Shown here in pieces: positions 38,810 to 53,100 of a DNA stretch of 64,000 nt. A model generated the notes under the pieces. The model worked only from the letters and a program-made list of their open reading frames with translations. It did not search any database and was not told where the DNA came from. This stretch comes from Nageia nagi. Taxonomy: Eukaryota; Plantae; Pinophyta. The DNA is taken from positions 196,974,001-197,038,000 of the forward strand of contig JBITNC010000001.1 in NCBI GenBank assembly GCA_050084985.1, given 5' to 3'. The translations under genes and the position numbers were made by a program. The stretch's first letter is position 1. Each line of letters opens with the position of its first letter.

Positions 38810-41365
38810 TAGATGGATAGGAGTCTTTTATTATTCTTTTACACCTATTGGTTTGTAGGATCTATAAAAATTTGTCCAGAAGTAAATATATATCAATTAA
38901 GTATTTAAATGATTGTTTTTTATATAAAGAAAAACATTGAACAATGCACAAATATTCCAAGAAAAATAATAAGTCACAAGGACAATTGCCCACAATCACT
39001 CACACATACCTAATGAAAATAAACCATTAAAACAAAATTTTAGATCCAGATCAAGCACGATATGATGATGTTTGTGAAAACTTCAAAACAATAACTTTTC
39101 TTGCATGGGTTTTGAGAGACAATGGAGGTATGATGGCACCCACATTGAATGTCTCAAATTCTCCTCCTACCTCTTACATTGGTGATATTTAAAAACTATT
39201 GATAGATCTTACAAATCAATAGGTTTAAAAAATGTCAATTGTTGACTTTACCTTAATTAGTGTTTCATAAAATATTAGAAAAAATTTCAAATTTAATAAA
39301 TATATTAAAAAACATTGCCAAACAAGGAGCATCCATTACTAGTTTAGCAACAATAAATCTTACAACGAGAATTTGCAATTGGTTCAGTAGTAGCAAATCT
39401 CACAATAGGAATCCGTTGTCTGCTAAGCAACAACTAATCTTGTAGTGGGAATTTGCTATTGGCTTGATAGTAGTGAATCTATTGCTTTAAACTCCTATAC
39501 TTATCCTCTTCTTCTTATAAAGCTTCAACCTCAACCTTGTATTGATAGCTAGTAATTTGATTGCAAACATGTGAGAAGTCAAGCATTTTCAGGCAATAAC
39601 GAGATTGACAAGTAGCAGATTGTGTTTGGATGGAATTGGAGAGGATGATTAGTAAAGACAAAATTGAAGGATACTTAGAGCTATGGAAGTGATCCTATGT
39701 ATATCTCTAAAAGTGAAGAGATGGCATTCATGGAGAAGTTCTCTGCCATATCCAAAGCCTCAATGCAGGAGGTAGGCACAATCAAGGTGGGGTCAAACTT
39801 CAAAGGTTTTTGGCAACGATGCATTCAAACTAATGAAGCATGACAAAGCCATGATGAAAGAAGTTCTAATTTCATGATTCAATATGCAAGCCATGGTGGG
39901 TGAATCCTTAGAAAGAACATGAATGATCTTTGTTGAAATGCAAGAGTGAATTGTTAAGCTTGAACGTTGGTTGTGGAAGATATAAACTTGTTAGGATTAT
40001 TATATCATTAGTCGATTTGTTATTCGGATCCATTCATGGATCAACCATGTTTAATTTGTTAGGGTTTGTAACATCGTCATTTTCTTCATAGAGATTCTAT
40101 TTAAAGTATTTACTATCTTGTTGAAAAGAAGATTTGTAAATATATTTTCAAATGCAATTAGTAATACTAATAATAATAAATAAATAAATAGACCAAACAC
40201 TTGAGTTTTAATGAAGCTATGATCAATTTTGGAAGGCCAAATTTTGAACATTGATTCTTACAAAGAGGAAATTTAATACATAGAAGTTAATATGCAATAT
40301 TAAAATCATTTTTTATTTAAATGCGAATAAAAGGAAGAATGCAACGATGGACAATGATTGATTTATGTTAATCAAGTTCAAATAGAGATATTAGCGAACT
40401 AAAATCAATTGACACTGCATATAGTGGTAGGAATATGCAATTGCATGGTGTGCTTGGAATCACCACCATATTTATATGTTCTAATTTTATAAGACCTGCA
40501 GAAAAAAGTGGAAAAACAAACATTTTAACATTTATGTGTAACTTTAGGTATTTAACTAACAAGGATGATCAAAGATGCACAAATTACAACTATTGTTGTT
40601 GATGAGGGGTTTGGATTTTCAAACGTTGTAAGAAGCAATACTTATATTTTGGCTTGGTTCAAAATACATGTAATACACCAAAGATGTTTGGAGGTAAACA
40701 TTTGATGTAATGATTTATTTTGATTAGATTGTATCCTGATTACATGATTTGAGAATGTTTAAATGAATTTCTTGCTATATATATGAGGTGGAATTGATCT
40801 TAAATTACTTTCTTAGCTTTTAAATGATTGATAAGACACAAATTCATGATTTGAGCATTGTTCTTGAGCTAGGTTTTTCAATCGATGCTTTTCTTGTTTC
40901 TTGATTTAGTTGGTCTTGAATCATGATTTAGTTGGTCTTGAATCATGAATGAATGTTTGACATTTTTTACTGTCCTTGAGACTTAGTGGTTTGTAGGATC
41001 TATCAAAATTTGTTCGAAGATAAATATATATCATTTGTATTTTTAAATTTTTATCCAACAAAATTAAGATTCATAATAAAATCGTCAATCTTGTTTTGGT
41101 TATCATGGTTTAATATTTCACAGATTAGAAATGTCATATTTTTTTGGTAGAGTAAATTTATATTAAACAAGTTTTGACGGGATCCTCTAGAGAAAACCCG
41201 GTATCAATAGGATGAGTAGATGGGAGTCTTTTATTGGTTTGTAAGACCTATCAAAGTTTGTCTAAAAGTATATATATATCAATTAAGTATTTGAATAATT
41301 ACTTCTGAACAATACACAAATGAACATATATTCCAAGAAAAATAAGAACACTCCATGGACAATGT
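38810..41365. repeat. Three dispersed copies of a short AT-rich repeat (~38810-38990, ~40985-41035, ~41215-41365)
   Basis: Shared core tggtttgta(g/a)ga(t/c)ctat.aaa.tttgt...atatatatca. Confidence 0.7.
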
Positions 41366-41559
41366 AAGTCCTTCAAAACAGATACATTAAATGCCATCAT
41401 AAATATGAAGAGCCTTGAGCAGCGTAGTAAATTACTATAATTGTTATAGTAAAAGTATAGAAATAGTTCAGCAGCTTCTGTAATGTGATCTATTTTCCAT
41501 GCTTTAGAGAAGCTCATTGACTTCATACCTGGGCACCTTAGTTTAGTCTATACTGCGGG

Positions 41560-43750
41560 GTTCACAAAATTAAACACTAGGAATCAGGTTTGTCATATTC
41601 TGATGCTGGTTAGAATGACGTTTAGGAGGGTTAAGAGTCCTTACCCTCTATTACCTCGTCGACGCAAATTAACTTCATATTGGACTTTCCTTTGGCGTCC
41701 ACATTCCCTTGCTCGGTTCTGGTTCCCCCTTTTCTTGTCGGGCGGTACAGGGGATATGTCCTCTTTCTCAAAATCTGTTAAGACTGACATTGCTGTGAGC
41801 TCCATTTTGGACATTATCCTCGAAGATTTGTTAAGAGCTTCCTATTCTTTTGGGTAGAGCTCAATTTTATTAACAAGTAGGCCCAATGGGATTTTATCCT
41901 CATAATTAGACTCGTGAGGATTTGACTTGGGATGGTGAGTAGGTGGGATTGAAATTGAAGGCACAGGCTTCCTAATAGAAGCATACTGGTAAATCATAAA
42001 ATTCAAACCCTGGTGTAGGGGAATCTTGCCACTCTGTTTGCGATAGACTTAATCTATGGAATGCATAAAAAAGTAAGCGAAGTACACCTTACTTACGTCG
42101 CTGATATGATTCAGATGTGGGAAATGATACCCATGGACGATCTTATGGCATCCTTCCTTGTCCCTCTGTGATTGACCATGCTTATTAACACCCAACCGGA
42201 GAAAGAATGTGCTGGTTTTCAAATGGATCCGGATTTATAGCCAAACAAACTGTACTTGTTGACGTCTTATCTATTCAATCATTTGCATGTAATCGATATT
42301 GCGCGAGGTGGATCTGCTCCTTGGTTACTTCGTTACATTTGGCAGTTTCCAAGCCTACAAATCATGCGAGCAAGTGCACCTTGAGCTCTACCAGTGACAC
42401 ATATCCAATTGTAATAATGGTTTGGCAAGGTCACCGTAATGCAAGACTTAATCTCCGTTTTGTATTGAGGGTCCATGGTATCTCTAAATCATCAAATGAG
42501 CTCATGGTCAATAAGTTAGGATTGTCACCTCTACCAATTGGTGAGAGTTTTTCAATTTTCCACTTATAAAATTCTCTATGACAGTATATTAAATTTTTTT
42601 AGTAGTATATTAAATTTTTTTAGTAACCTTAGCTTTTATGTTGCTAGTGTTTTCGAATACTTAACAATTTTTTTTTTTTTTTCAAACTATCCAATAGACT
42701 TCGACAAGCAATAACATCCAAAATTCTTGTAATAGTTTGTTTTTAGAATATGGAATCATTGTAATAGTAAGGCTCTAATAGTTTCAAGCATAACCCAATG
42801 TATTTGGAGGTACTTGAGTAGTTTTGACCAAGATCTTGGAAGTTTAGTCATAGTAAACAAACATATGATCTATTGTCTCCTCCTTGGATTACATAAAGCA
42901 CATCTATTTGCCAATTGAAATCCTTCTCTTTGCAATTTGTCAAGGATTAGATTAGCATTATGTGTAATACTCCATATAAAGAAGGGAAATTTTGGGGGTA
43001 AATTCTTTTATTCATATACCCCTCCATATAGGAGTAGTTTGGTCTTCATATAAGGAGACCTTCTTGGTTGGGCTTGGACTTAGCTCCTTATTGTCGAAAT
43101 ATCACATCTTGTTTCTTGAAGGCAACAACTTTCTCACTCAGCTTAACATCTCCTGGCCTACACACTTTCAAGGTGAAATGTTTTCTTCACATAAACATTT
43201 TAAATCTAATACAAAGACAAGAAGAAATTCATCCAAAGATATGTAAGAAAGGTTTTTCTATTGAAATTTCACCATGAACATACATATACATTTAGGACAT
43301 ACTATACAAAGTCTTGACACACTATAATAAACTTAGCAAGACATGGCTCTTTTCACCAAATCCTACAAGCATAGATAACAGTGTGCTACGGACATGACTT
43401 TTGTAGGTTTTACTACTCTGTTGGACCTTTAAGACTCAAACTTTAAAACTAACTTCAAACTTAAATTCAAATGCCTCTAATGACCTATGCATTTGTTATT
43501 TATAGAGTTCTTTGTCTCTGTCAATTGCTAAGAAATAATATTCTCTAGATCTAAATCTCCACCGTTGAACATACTCCATAGGAGTAATAGTAGACGGAGT
43601 GTGACATAAAGTATTATTCTATCCACATGGCAGATAGATACCATAAGTATAATGATGCCAACACCCAAGGCATCTTTAGGAAGCTATTATGGGCCCATTG
43701 TCTTATCACATCCCCATAAGATAAGAATATGATCACGTGTTATGGGCCCA
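41560..43750 (-). mobile_element. Gypsy-like remnant with degenerate extra ORF and LTR-like sequence
   Basis: Minus strand reads HGYHFPHLNH...YFAYFL...PLHQGL (~42000-42140); minus-strand TATA at ~43497; ttatgggccca repeats. Family assignment is from pattern memory only. Confidence 0.4.
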
Positions 43751-43822
43751 CAATGTTTTCCTTTAATATGATCTCACATCAAAATCACTATCAAGAGATG
43801 GTGGAGGAGAATCTAAACTATT

Positions 43823-44294
43823 TGAAGAAATTAACCTTTTCTGAATTAACTTCTAGTCTCCCAAGATCTCAAGAAGGCACTTTCAACATCAACACAATAA
43901 CACAATAACTAAAGCCAATCACACAAATAACACGAGATATAAAGTGGTTCCTCCCTCCTTGGGAGTACGTCCATTAATTAAGATCTTCTTATTCTCAAGG
44001 ACCTCTCTTACAAAATCTTTTCTCTCTCTCACTCTAAACCTATAGCAAAGCTTGCATTATAACTGTGTAACTAAAGAAGGGGAGGGTTCTTCTCTTTTAT
44101 AAGAAGAAACCCACTCTCTAATTAACCCCTTTTCTATTTTTAATCCTTTACCTATTTTTAACCTCATACTTATTTTTAATCCTTCTCCTATTTTTATTCC
44201 CTTGATACTTTAAGGTATCTAATGATACTTTAAGTATTAAGTGAATTTACATTAAGGAGAAATATTACACAATATTACATTACAAATTATAACA
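43823..44294 (-). mobile_element. Solo LTR (472 bp), Copia-related
   Basis: TG...CA termini, perfect 5-bp TSD ctatt/ctatt, shared gga(c/t)gtactcc...ggaggaaccac motif. Confidence 0.9.
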
Positions 44295-45063
44295 CTATTA
44301 TCGTTGCTAGGAGAAGATCCAGATGTCAAGACTTGGTCATGTCTATGGTCACCATGTTGTGCATTTATGGCTATGATAGGATGGCATCTATATTTTCTTG
44401 TATTAACATGAGCAGGTTGAAACTCAAGAATTGACCAACATGGGACATAAGCATCATGGTAGAACCAGTCATGAATATTCTTTCTTGAAAAAGTAATATC
44501 CCATCTGATTATTGTCTTGGCATAGGTTTATGTTCTCAAAATTCTTGTAGGACCAATCCAAGACTGTTTAAATTCAATACTATTATGAACTTCCCAAGAA
44601 ATATGATTTTCAACAAAGAATAAAAAATATCATCTTGGGTGAATTCATGGTTACGTCCATCTTCAGCATAGATTTTGTTATCCCACGTGATTCTGGTGGG
44701 CATCCATGTTGCTAACCAATGAGTATATCCAATTGTGAACACATTGGGATCTCTAGGGAATCCTAACGTAGCTAGAGTAGAATGTTGGAACTGGACTCTA
44801 TGACATACATCATAAAACTAAAAAGATTGATGATCTCTCGTGTTTGCTCTTGGATCCCAAAATCTCCAAAATAATTTATAAACATGATCTAAGGCCCTCT
44901 GAGTTATGAAATATTCTCCATGACACAAAGTAACTAAATATACTTTGAACCTCGTTCTTCAGCACATATGAAAGGCATCAAAAAGGGAATATTGGGATAT
45001 AATCGTCTTGTGTGTCTTTTGAGTTTTATACTTACCATCTCTCTTCTTATCTTCTATAGCTAA

Positions 45064-45552
45064 TGTTAGAATTTGTAATGAAATATTGTGAATATCTAAA
45101 CTCCTTGTAAATTCAATTAATCACTTAAAGGTATGTAGATACCTTAAGTGATTAATAGAATTCTTTAATATGTAGACTTTGACTTTACCAAAGTGGGTAG
45201 TTGGTAGGTTGAAGTTTGGTGATAAATTTAATGTAACCCTAACCTTACCCTTGGGTTAAAGGAAGGTTAGGGAGGTACTCTCAACCTATAAATAGAGGGC
45301 CTCTCCTCATGTAAACATATCTAAGTTTTGAGTAAGATTACTCTACTTGGTTGTGTAGGAGAGAGCTAGAGAATAGTTGTAAGAGAGACATAGATTTGAG
45401 AATAAGAGAACTAGTTGTGGATGTACTCCCAAGGAGGGAGGAACCACATTATATTGATGTGTTATCTTGAGTGATTGTGTTATCTTGTGTACACTTGAGT
45501 TTCCTAGTCTAAGGTCCTAAAGGATTTGTTTAGATCTAGTTCAAATCCTTCA
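45064..45552 (+). mobile_element. Solo LTR (489 bp), Copia-related
   Basis: TG...CA termini, perfect TSD gctaa/gctaa, TATA ctataaatag, ggatgtactcccaaggagggaggaaccac motif. Confidence 0.92.
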
Positions 45553-45913
45553 GCTAATAATCAATTTCTATATATAGTGCCTTATTTATATACCAATCTT
45601 TATTGTTGTTGATCCTTTTGATGTAGTCACAAGCTCTCAATCCTTGATGATTCATTTCCCATCTAGCTCCTATTCGGATATCTAGATAAGATAACAATGG
45701 TTTTTCCTAAGCCATTAATCCTCCCAAAAGAAGACTCTTTCTCCATTTTCAATGCTTCATAGAGTATTTTGAACAAGGATATTTATGATTGATGTAGGTC
45801 CCTTCCAAAAAGCCGACCCAGTGTGTCAATGTTCTATGAAAAATGATTTGATTATTCTAAATATTTAGCCTTGCAAGTATATATCTATTCAACGTTAGTT
45901 TTATCATAGTTTT

Positions 45914-47077
45914 TGTTGGAATGTATAATGCATTATTGTAAAGGTTTTGTAATAATCTTCTATGTAAGTTCACTAATACTTAAGGGTATTATTTGATACC
46001 TTAAGTATTTAAGTGAATATGATAATAACTTGTCTTACACTCTATGTCATGAGCATGCCTCTTGGGTAAAAGGATGTGCATGTTATGCTTTTGTACATTG
46101 GATAAAAGGGTAATACAAAGAGGAATTTTGGCCTATAAATAGAAGGCTCCCTCTTTGTGATCACATACCAATTTGTGGAGTAAAGTTATGCTATAGGATA
46201 GTGTTTAGGAGAAAAGTTTAGAAGGATTGTAGGAGTTCATATTAGTGAATGAAATGAGATCTAGTTAGTGGATGTACTCCTAGTTGGAGGAACCACTGAC
46301 ATCTTATGTTATGTTGTGAGTTTGCTTTATGAGCTATTTAGATGTGTTTGTGAGCTTTCAAGAGATCTTGGTTGTTTAGAGTTGTTCATGTTATAGTTCA
46401 ATTCTCTCATTTGGTATCAAAACTCTTTAGAGGTTCCTCTTCACATCTTTGGTGTTGAAGCTCTTCATATTCAACTTGGAGTTCCTTATTTTTTATTCTT
46501 CACTCCATTATAAGGTAAAAGTGCTTCAAAGGTATAACCTTCATCTTATCTCTATCTTAAATTACTAACATTTTTTTGTTAATGTTAGTCATTTTTTTAT
46601 GACAAAATATGCTTAAAATAGCAATTTTTTTTTATAATTTCATATAATATACTAACATGTCTTATTATTAGTTATAATTTTTTAAAGTTGCTATAATTTT
46701 GCATATCTCTAATTTTTTTTATGGTTTTACTATATATATATTCTCCTTCAAAAATCACATGCAAAATTCTAATAAAAAGTCATATTTTTTTGTGCCTACC
46801 TTAGTTCTTCTATCAAAAATAGTTGTATTCTACAAGTTTTGTTTACAAATTATTTTTTGATACTAACAAAAAGAAAGGTAATCACATTTTACTACATTTT
46901 TTTTACAATAATTTGCATTTCAATATAAAAGGGGAGGAAATCTAGTGTTGTGCTATAAAAATAATAATAACATTTTTTTAATATATTTGAAAACAAGGAT
47001 AAAAGAGGAGAATGAGAAATATTAATTTTTTTTTGGAAATATAAAAATTCATAAATTGTGGGAGATGGGAGCTTCCA

Positions 47078-47139
<62 letters not shown>

Positions 47140-50100
47140 TATTTTGAGGCTTGGGAGAGATGCCTACACAGGGCGACAAAACCCCAACCCACTTTGTGGC
47201 CTCCACCGTCTTGCGGCCTCCATTGCCCTTTGCAGCCATCACCCTACAGCTACCCCACCTATCGCCTGCTGTGGCCACCCGCATCACCTCCTGCCATAGC
47301 CCATAGCCACCCACTCCACGGCTTCCTCTGCATTGCCCCTCCGTAGCTTCCTCCACGTCACCCCCCCTGTCGGCCTTCCTGGCCATCGTCATCTGTAACC
47401 TTGCATTGCCCTTCGATGCTTTTCGCCATGCATACTCAGAGTCCTCCCTCATCCATTTTACTCCATGCTATAATTTTTTGTTGTTATTCAAAAGAGGGGT
47501 ACTCACTTTATTTATTATTTATCTTGATCTCCCTTTCCAATTTTTTTTTTTAAAAAGGACCTAATAGTTGTTGGGCATTTAATTTTTCTTTACTTGCAAG
47601 TTTTCTTCCTTAGGAGTATTAATTGATTATAAATGTATACTTTTTGCTTTCTTACAAGCCTTTTTTACTAAATGCATTTAGAATCTCTCACACTCCACCC
47701 TTAAAGATTTGCAATGATGATGCTTTAGAGCATGTAGATCGTCAAACATATATCATTACTTTTTAAATGCTATCTTACTTTTTAGAAAAATGTAGCAAAT
47801 AAAGGCATTTTTTTGGAATATAATTTTAATTTGCTTTAATAAATACTTCTAAGTATGACAATTTACTTAGGCAAAATGATCAATATTAGTAAATTTGATA
47901 CTTTTAAAGGTTTTTTTTTTTTTTCCCTAAGGAGAGGTATACCATTTGATTAGCAATATTTTAGGTAAAAGGGAAATTGCTTTATATATTAGAATGGTTA
48001 CATACATAGAAGCTATTTTTTTATACAAGTGTCTTTTTAACTACTAAGTTAAAATTGTAAGTTATATTTAGGGATAGAACTTTAAGTAAAAAAAAAAGGG
48101 GAATTTATACTTTTTCTTTTTATATAGCATGTTAGATAAAATATTGCATGTTTTAGAACTTAAATTTTTATAGTGCATGCTTATGATTAGTACATATTCC
48201 TAGTACTTAAGTTTTTAAGTTATAATGCAATTTACTTTCTTATGCAAAATGAATTTGTGTAAAATTAGGAATGATGTAAAAATATCCTTTAGAGATTGGT
48301 AAACAAAATCCATTAGACATTTAAGTTTTAAATCTTGAATAAATGATGTTTTTACTCATGCTCTTTTACTTCATATTTCATATTTTGATTTATTTGCTTT
48401 TGCAATAAAAAATGCAAACATTGACCTGAGCACTCCCTTAAAATGAACACATCCGTACGTACATTTCGTAACATGACTTGTTTGGAGAGCCATGAGGTGA
48501 GGACAGATGAACTGGAGCCTTTAAGTTTGACGATCCAAATGGTGAAAAATTCATACTTCTCAATTGCCCTTAAATCTTCTGTTGATCTGGACATAATTTC
48601 AATAGGTGGACAAGCATGTGTGTAGTGATACCACATGTCTGCATGTCCATTTAAAGATTATCTTGATAACCTAGGAGGATAACTTAAAACCTAATTAAAA
48701 TTAATAATTTGATCGATCCAATATACGTCATAACCTTGAAAAATAGTAGGTATTTTTTCTTGTGAGAGTATAATACTGATCAAGATGAACTGGTTAAAGA
48801 TTCGTAGTACTTGGGCTCTTCTTATGTAGGCATCCAAGTAAAAGCCTAATTTCTTAGATAAGAAAACAAACCTCAACAATGTCACTTTACATCTATGGTT
48901 TTTGAGATGAGAAATGTATTTGGATACATGGATTATTATTTGAGTTGTAAAATATTTGCACTAGTGAATCAAATCATGTCTTAGATAATTAAATGAAATA
49001 TGTATTATTTACTTATTTAAAATTTAAATATATAATATTATTTATTGAATCACATGTTTATTATTTCATATTCTTGTGTAGCAAATGAGAGACTCTTTTT
49101 TATCCAAACATATTCTTGATGGTTCTAACTTTAGGATTTGGAAACCATAGATGAGAATTGAATTGCAGATAAGAAAGCTTTGGCAAATAGTGAATGAAAA
49201 TATTGTACCTCCTACAAATGAAAAGGCACTAGAGGCTTACAACACACAAAGAATGAGTTGGCAACTTCTATGATCTTTCATGTAATTTCAAATGATGTGC
49301 TCCTAATGATTTCCTCTTCAACCTTGGTAAAAGAAGTTTGAGATAAGCTTAAGCAAATCTACTTTGGTTCAAAATTTTTAAGAAAGTTTACTATTCTTCA
49401 AAAGTTGCTTCAATCTCGTAAAAGGAAAGATAAAAATATGGTTATCTACTTGAATAAAATCATTGACATAAGAACCTAACTTGTTACTTGTAAGTGAAAT
49501 TGGATCAACGATGAGTTCATAGTCTTCATCATTCTTCAAAACCTTTATTCAAAATTTGAAAAATTTATTATGGTTGTGGATACAAGGCTTGATGATGAAG
49601 AAGTTTTCTCCCTTGAGAATCTTTTTAGGTTCCTTTTAAAGCATAAGAAAACCTTTAACAAAAATATGTTGATTTTTTCTTTTAAAGATAATAACGTTGC
49701 TCTTGGAGCAACCAAAATTCTTTTCAAGAGGAAGTTCAACCATAAAAAAAAATCTTATTCTTCTTCCTTCAAAAGGTTTAAAAAAAGAGGTAATGGCTAC
49801 AACACCAGGAATAATGGCAACAACGGCATCAACAGGAATAACAACAATAATAGTAAGAATAATGGCAACAATATCCACTTCAAACAAAGAGATGGAAAAG
49901 AAAAAATAAATAATTTCTACCTTAAAAAAAAGTTTGATGGTAATTGTAACTATTGTGGCATCCAAGGTCACAAAAAAGTTGATTACTACCAAAAAAAGAG
50001 AGAAAAAGAATAAAGGTAATGGACATGTAAAAAACTTCAAAGAAAAGAAGAATATTCATGTTGATTTTGCTACAATGTTCTACTCCATGTCTCGCTCTTT

Positions 50101-53100
50101 TTCATTTGATTGGATTGTTGACTCAATCGCACTAATCATCTATGATTTGAGAAAGAAAAGTTTAAGAACTTTTACAAGTATAGAAAAGATGCAATTATGA
50201 TAGGTGGTAACTCTACCTTTAAATTTCGAGAAATTGAAAGTGTTTTGATTCACAGGAAGGTTCTTGATAATGTTCTCTATGTTCTTAAGCTTAAGATGAA
50301 CTTTCTTTTTATGATTCAAGTTGCTAAAAAATGCTACTTTTATATGTTCAACTATTAATCCTGATGCATTAGAAAAGGACTTGCCATGTTGGTTAAAGAA
50401 TTAGTGAAGGATGATCTCTACATTATGGATCAAGTTCTATCAAAGATGTATCTTGCTACAAGTGTTATTCTAAAGGTAATCTTTGGCACCAACATTTAAG
50501 AAATCTTAACCATAAGAGTATTCAAGTCATGAAATTTTAAAAACTTATGGAAAGTTTACCTTTAATTTCTCTTTCATTGGTCTATGCGAGAAGTGTATTC
50601 TTAACAATATGCATAGATAAAAGTTCGAAAAAGATAAAGTAACAAAAGCATCTCAACCTCTTCAACTTGTGCATTGAAATTTGATGGGTCCATTTCAGAC
50701 TAAGTCACTTAGAGGAGCATCTTACGTCTTGACCTTCATTAATGACTTTAGTAGAATGACCTTTGGGTATTTACTTGAGCACAAAAATCAAACCTTTGAG
50801 AGTTTTAAGATTTTTAAAGCTTTAGTTGAAAATCAAACTAACTTTAAAATCAAGATATTGAAATTAGATAATAGAAAAAATATAATAATAATGAGTTCAT
50901 ATCTATTGCGCTAAGTATGAAATTAAGAGGTAATTTACAATTTCTTACACTCAAAAAAATGGTGTTGTTGAAAAAATAATAATAATTATGAAAATGGTTA
51001 GATGCATGTTGAGTAATCTACCTAATTTCTTATGGGGTGAAGCTATGAGCATTTCTATTTACACCTTGATTAGGTGTCTCACAAAAGTTGTTTAGGGTAA
51101 AATTCTTTTTGAGGCATGGTTAAGAAGAAAACCTAACATTTCACACCTTAGGGTGTTTGGTTGTGAAGCATTCTTCTATATTATCTCTGAAAAAAAGAAG
51201 AAGTTAAATAAAAGAGCTAAAAAATACATCTTTGTGAGTTATGGCAGTTAGCATAGAGACTATAGGCTCTACTCTCCATCCTAAAAAGCTATGTTTATTT
51301 CAAAGGATGTAAAGTTCAATGAACTTAAAAAATCTACTTCTAATGAGGATGTTGATGATCCAGAGGACTCTTCAGTTGCAACTAGCTAGTTAGATATTGA
51401 TGTAGATAAGTCATCTCAGGAATAAAACTCTTCAACTCAAAGGGTAATAAGGAGCATGACCTTGAACAAATTCTTATTTTTCAAGATTAACAATAAGAAT
51501 AAGCTTTCAACTTTCAAATAAGCTTCTAAGCACAAGTGTTGGATGGAAGCTATGAAAGTGGAGTATGAGATGCTTATAAAAAATGAAACTTGATACTTGG
51601 TTTCTCATCCCAATAAGAAGAATATGATTGGCAATAAATGGATCTACAAGGTCAAGTTCAATTTAGTTAGAGATATTAAGAAATACAAGGTAAGGTTAGT
51701 AGCCAAAGGTTTTACTTAGAAATAAGGTGTAGATTATGAGAAAACCTTTGCTCCCATGAAAAAGATGCCTACTGTGAGAATTATCCTTGCTCTTTCTGTA
51801 GCTTAAAGATAGAAAGTTTTTCAATTTAACATCAAAAGTGCATTTCTCAATAGTAAATTAGATGTGAAAATCTTCATGAATCAACCAAAAGGGTTCATTA
51901 TGAAAGGTAAAGAGTCCTTTGTGTGCAAGCTAAAGAAGTCATTATATAGATTTAAGCAAGCACCTAGAGCCTGGTACAAGAAGATTTTAAAATTTTTTAT
52001 AGATATTAATTTCTCCAAGTGTTTTTTTGACTTCGATATTTATGTGCTCAATCAAGAAAAAGATGTGGTCTTAATTATCCTTTATGTGGATGATCTTTTG
52101 ATAATTAGAAATAATAAAGAAATCATTCAAGAGTGCATATCTAAACTTAAGGTAACATTTGAAATGATTGATTTTGGTCTCTTGCACTCCTATCTTGAAA
52201 TGCAAGTGTATCAATACAAAAATTGTACTTATCTCAATCAATCTAAGTATATATTAAAAATCTTATAGAAGTTTAGAATGGAGAAGTGTAGATATGCTAC
52301 GATCCAAGTTTCTTCTGGAATCATTATTTCTTTGAGCTTCAACTCTTAGTTAGCTTATGCTACAACTTATAGGTAATTAATTGGTAGTTTTCTGTGTTTG
52401 ACCATTTTCAAGCTAGATGTTCTTTTTGCAATGAATTTGATGTCATGATTTATGCAAAAACCATTTGTTGAGCACTTCAATGCTATTAAACAAATGTTGA
52501 GGTATGTTTCAAGGAATAAGGATCTTGCTCTCAAGTATTGTAAGTTACCTTCATTTGTTCTCTTTGGATTCTCAAATTCTGACTATGGGGGAGATAGAGA
52601 TGATAGAAAATTAACCTTTGCATATGTGTTTAACATTGGTTCAGATGTCTTAGGCTTTCAAGAAGTAAACTATTATTTCTCTTTCCACCATAGAAGTTGA
52701 ATACCATGCCATGTTTGTTGCATCCTAAGAAGCTATTTAGCTAAGGTATATTTTGAAAGAAATTAGATATGAGCAAAGTGGCTCATCTTTGATTTCTTCA
52801 AATAATCAGTCAACTATTTCTTTGGCTAAGAATCTTGTGTTCCATTAGAGAACAAAATATATGAAAATCCATACCCATTTTATCAAAGAGAAGCTTCTTG
52901 ATGGCATCATACACCTAGAGTATTATCCATCCACCTTGAACTTTATCTATTTATTCACCAAGCCCCTCTCAAAAGCTCAATTATGAAATCTTAAGCATGC
53001 TATCAAGTTGGTGAAGTTACCCTCAAGGAGAAGTGAAGTTTGAATTCCAATGTTGAATTCATGTTTATGATGATAACTTCAACCCTAGGAGGATTTTATG

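Noticed and set aside
46892-47452. 186-aa ORF
   Set aside because: It runs through an (AT)n microsatellite and a GC-rich leader patch, and has no counterpart in the other copy.
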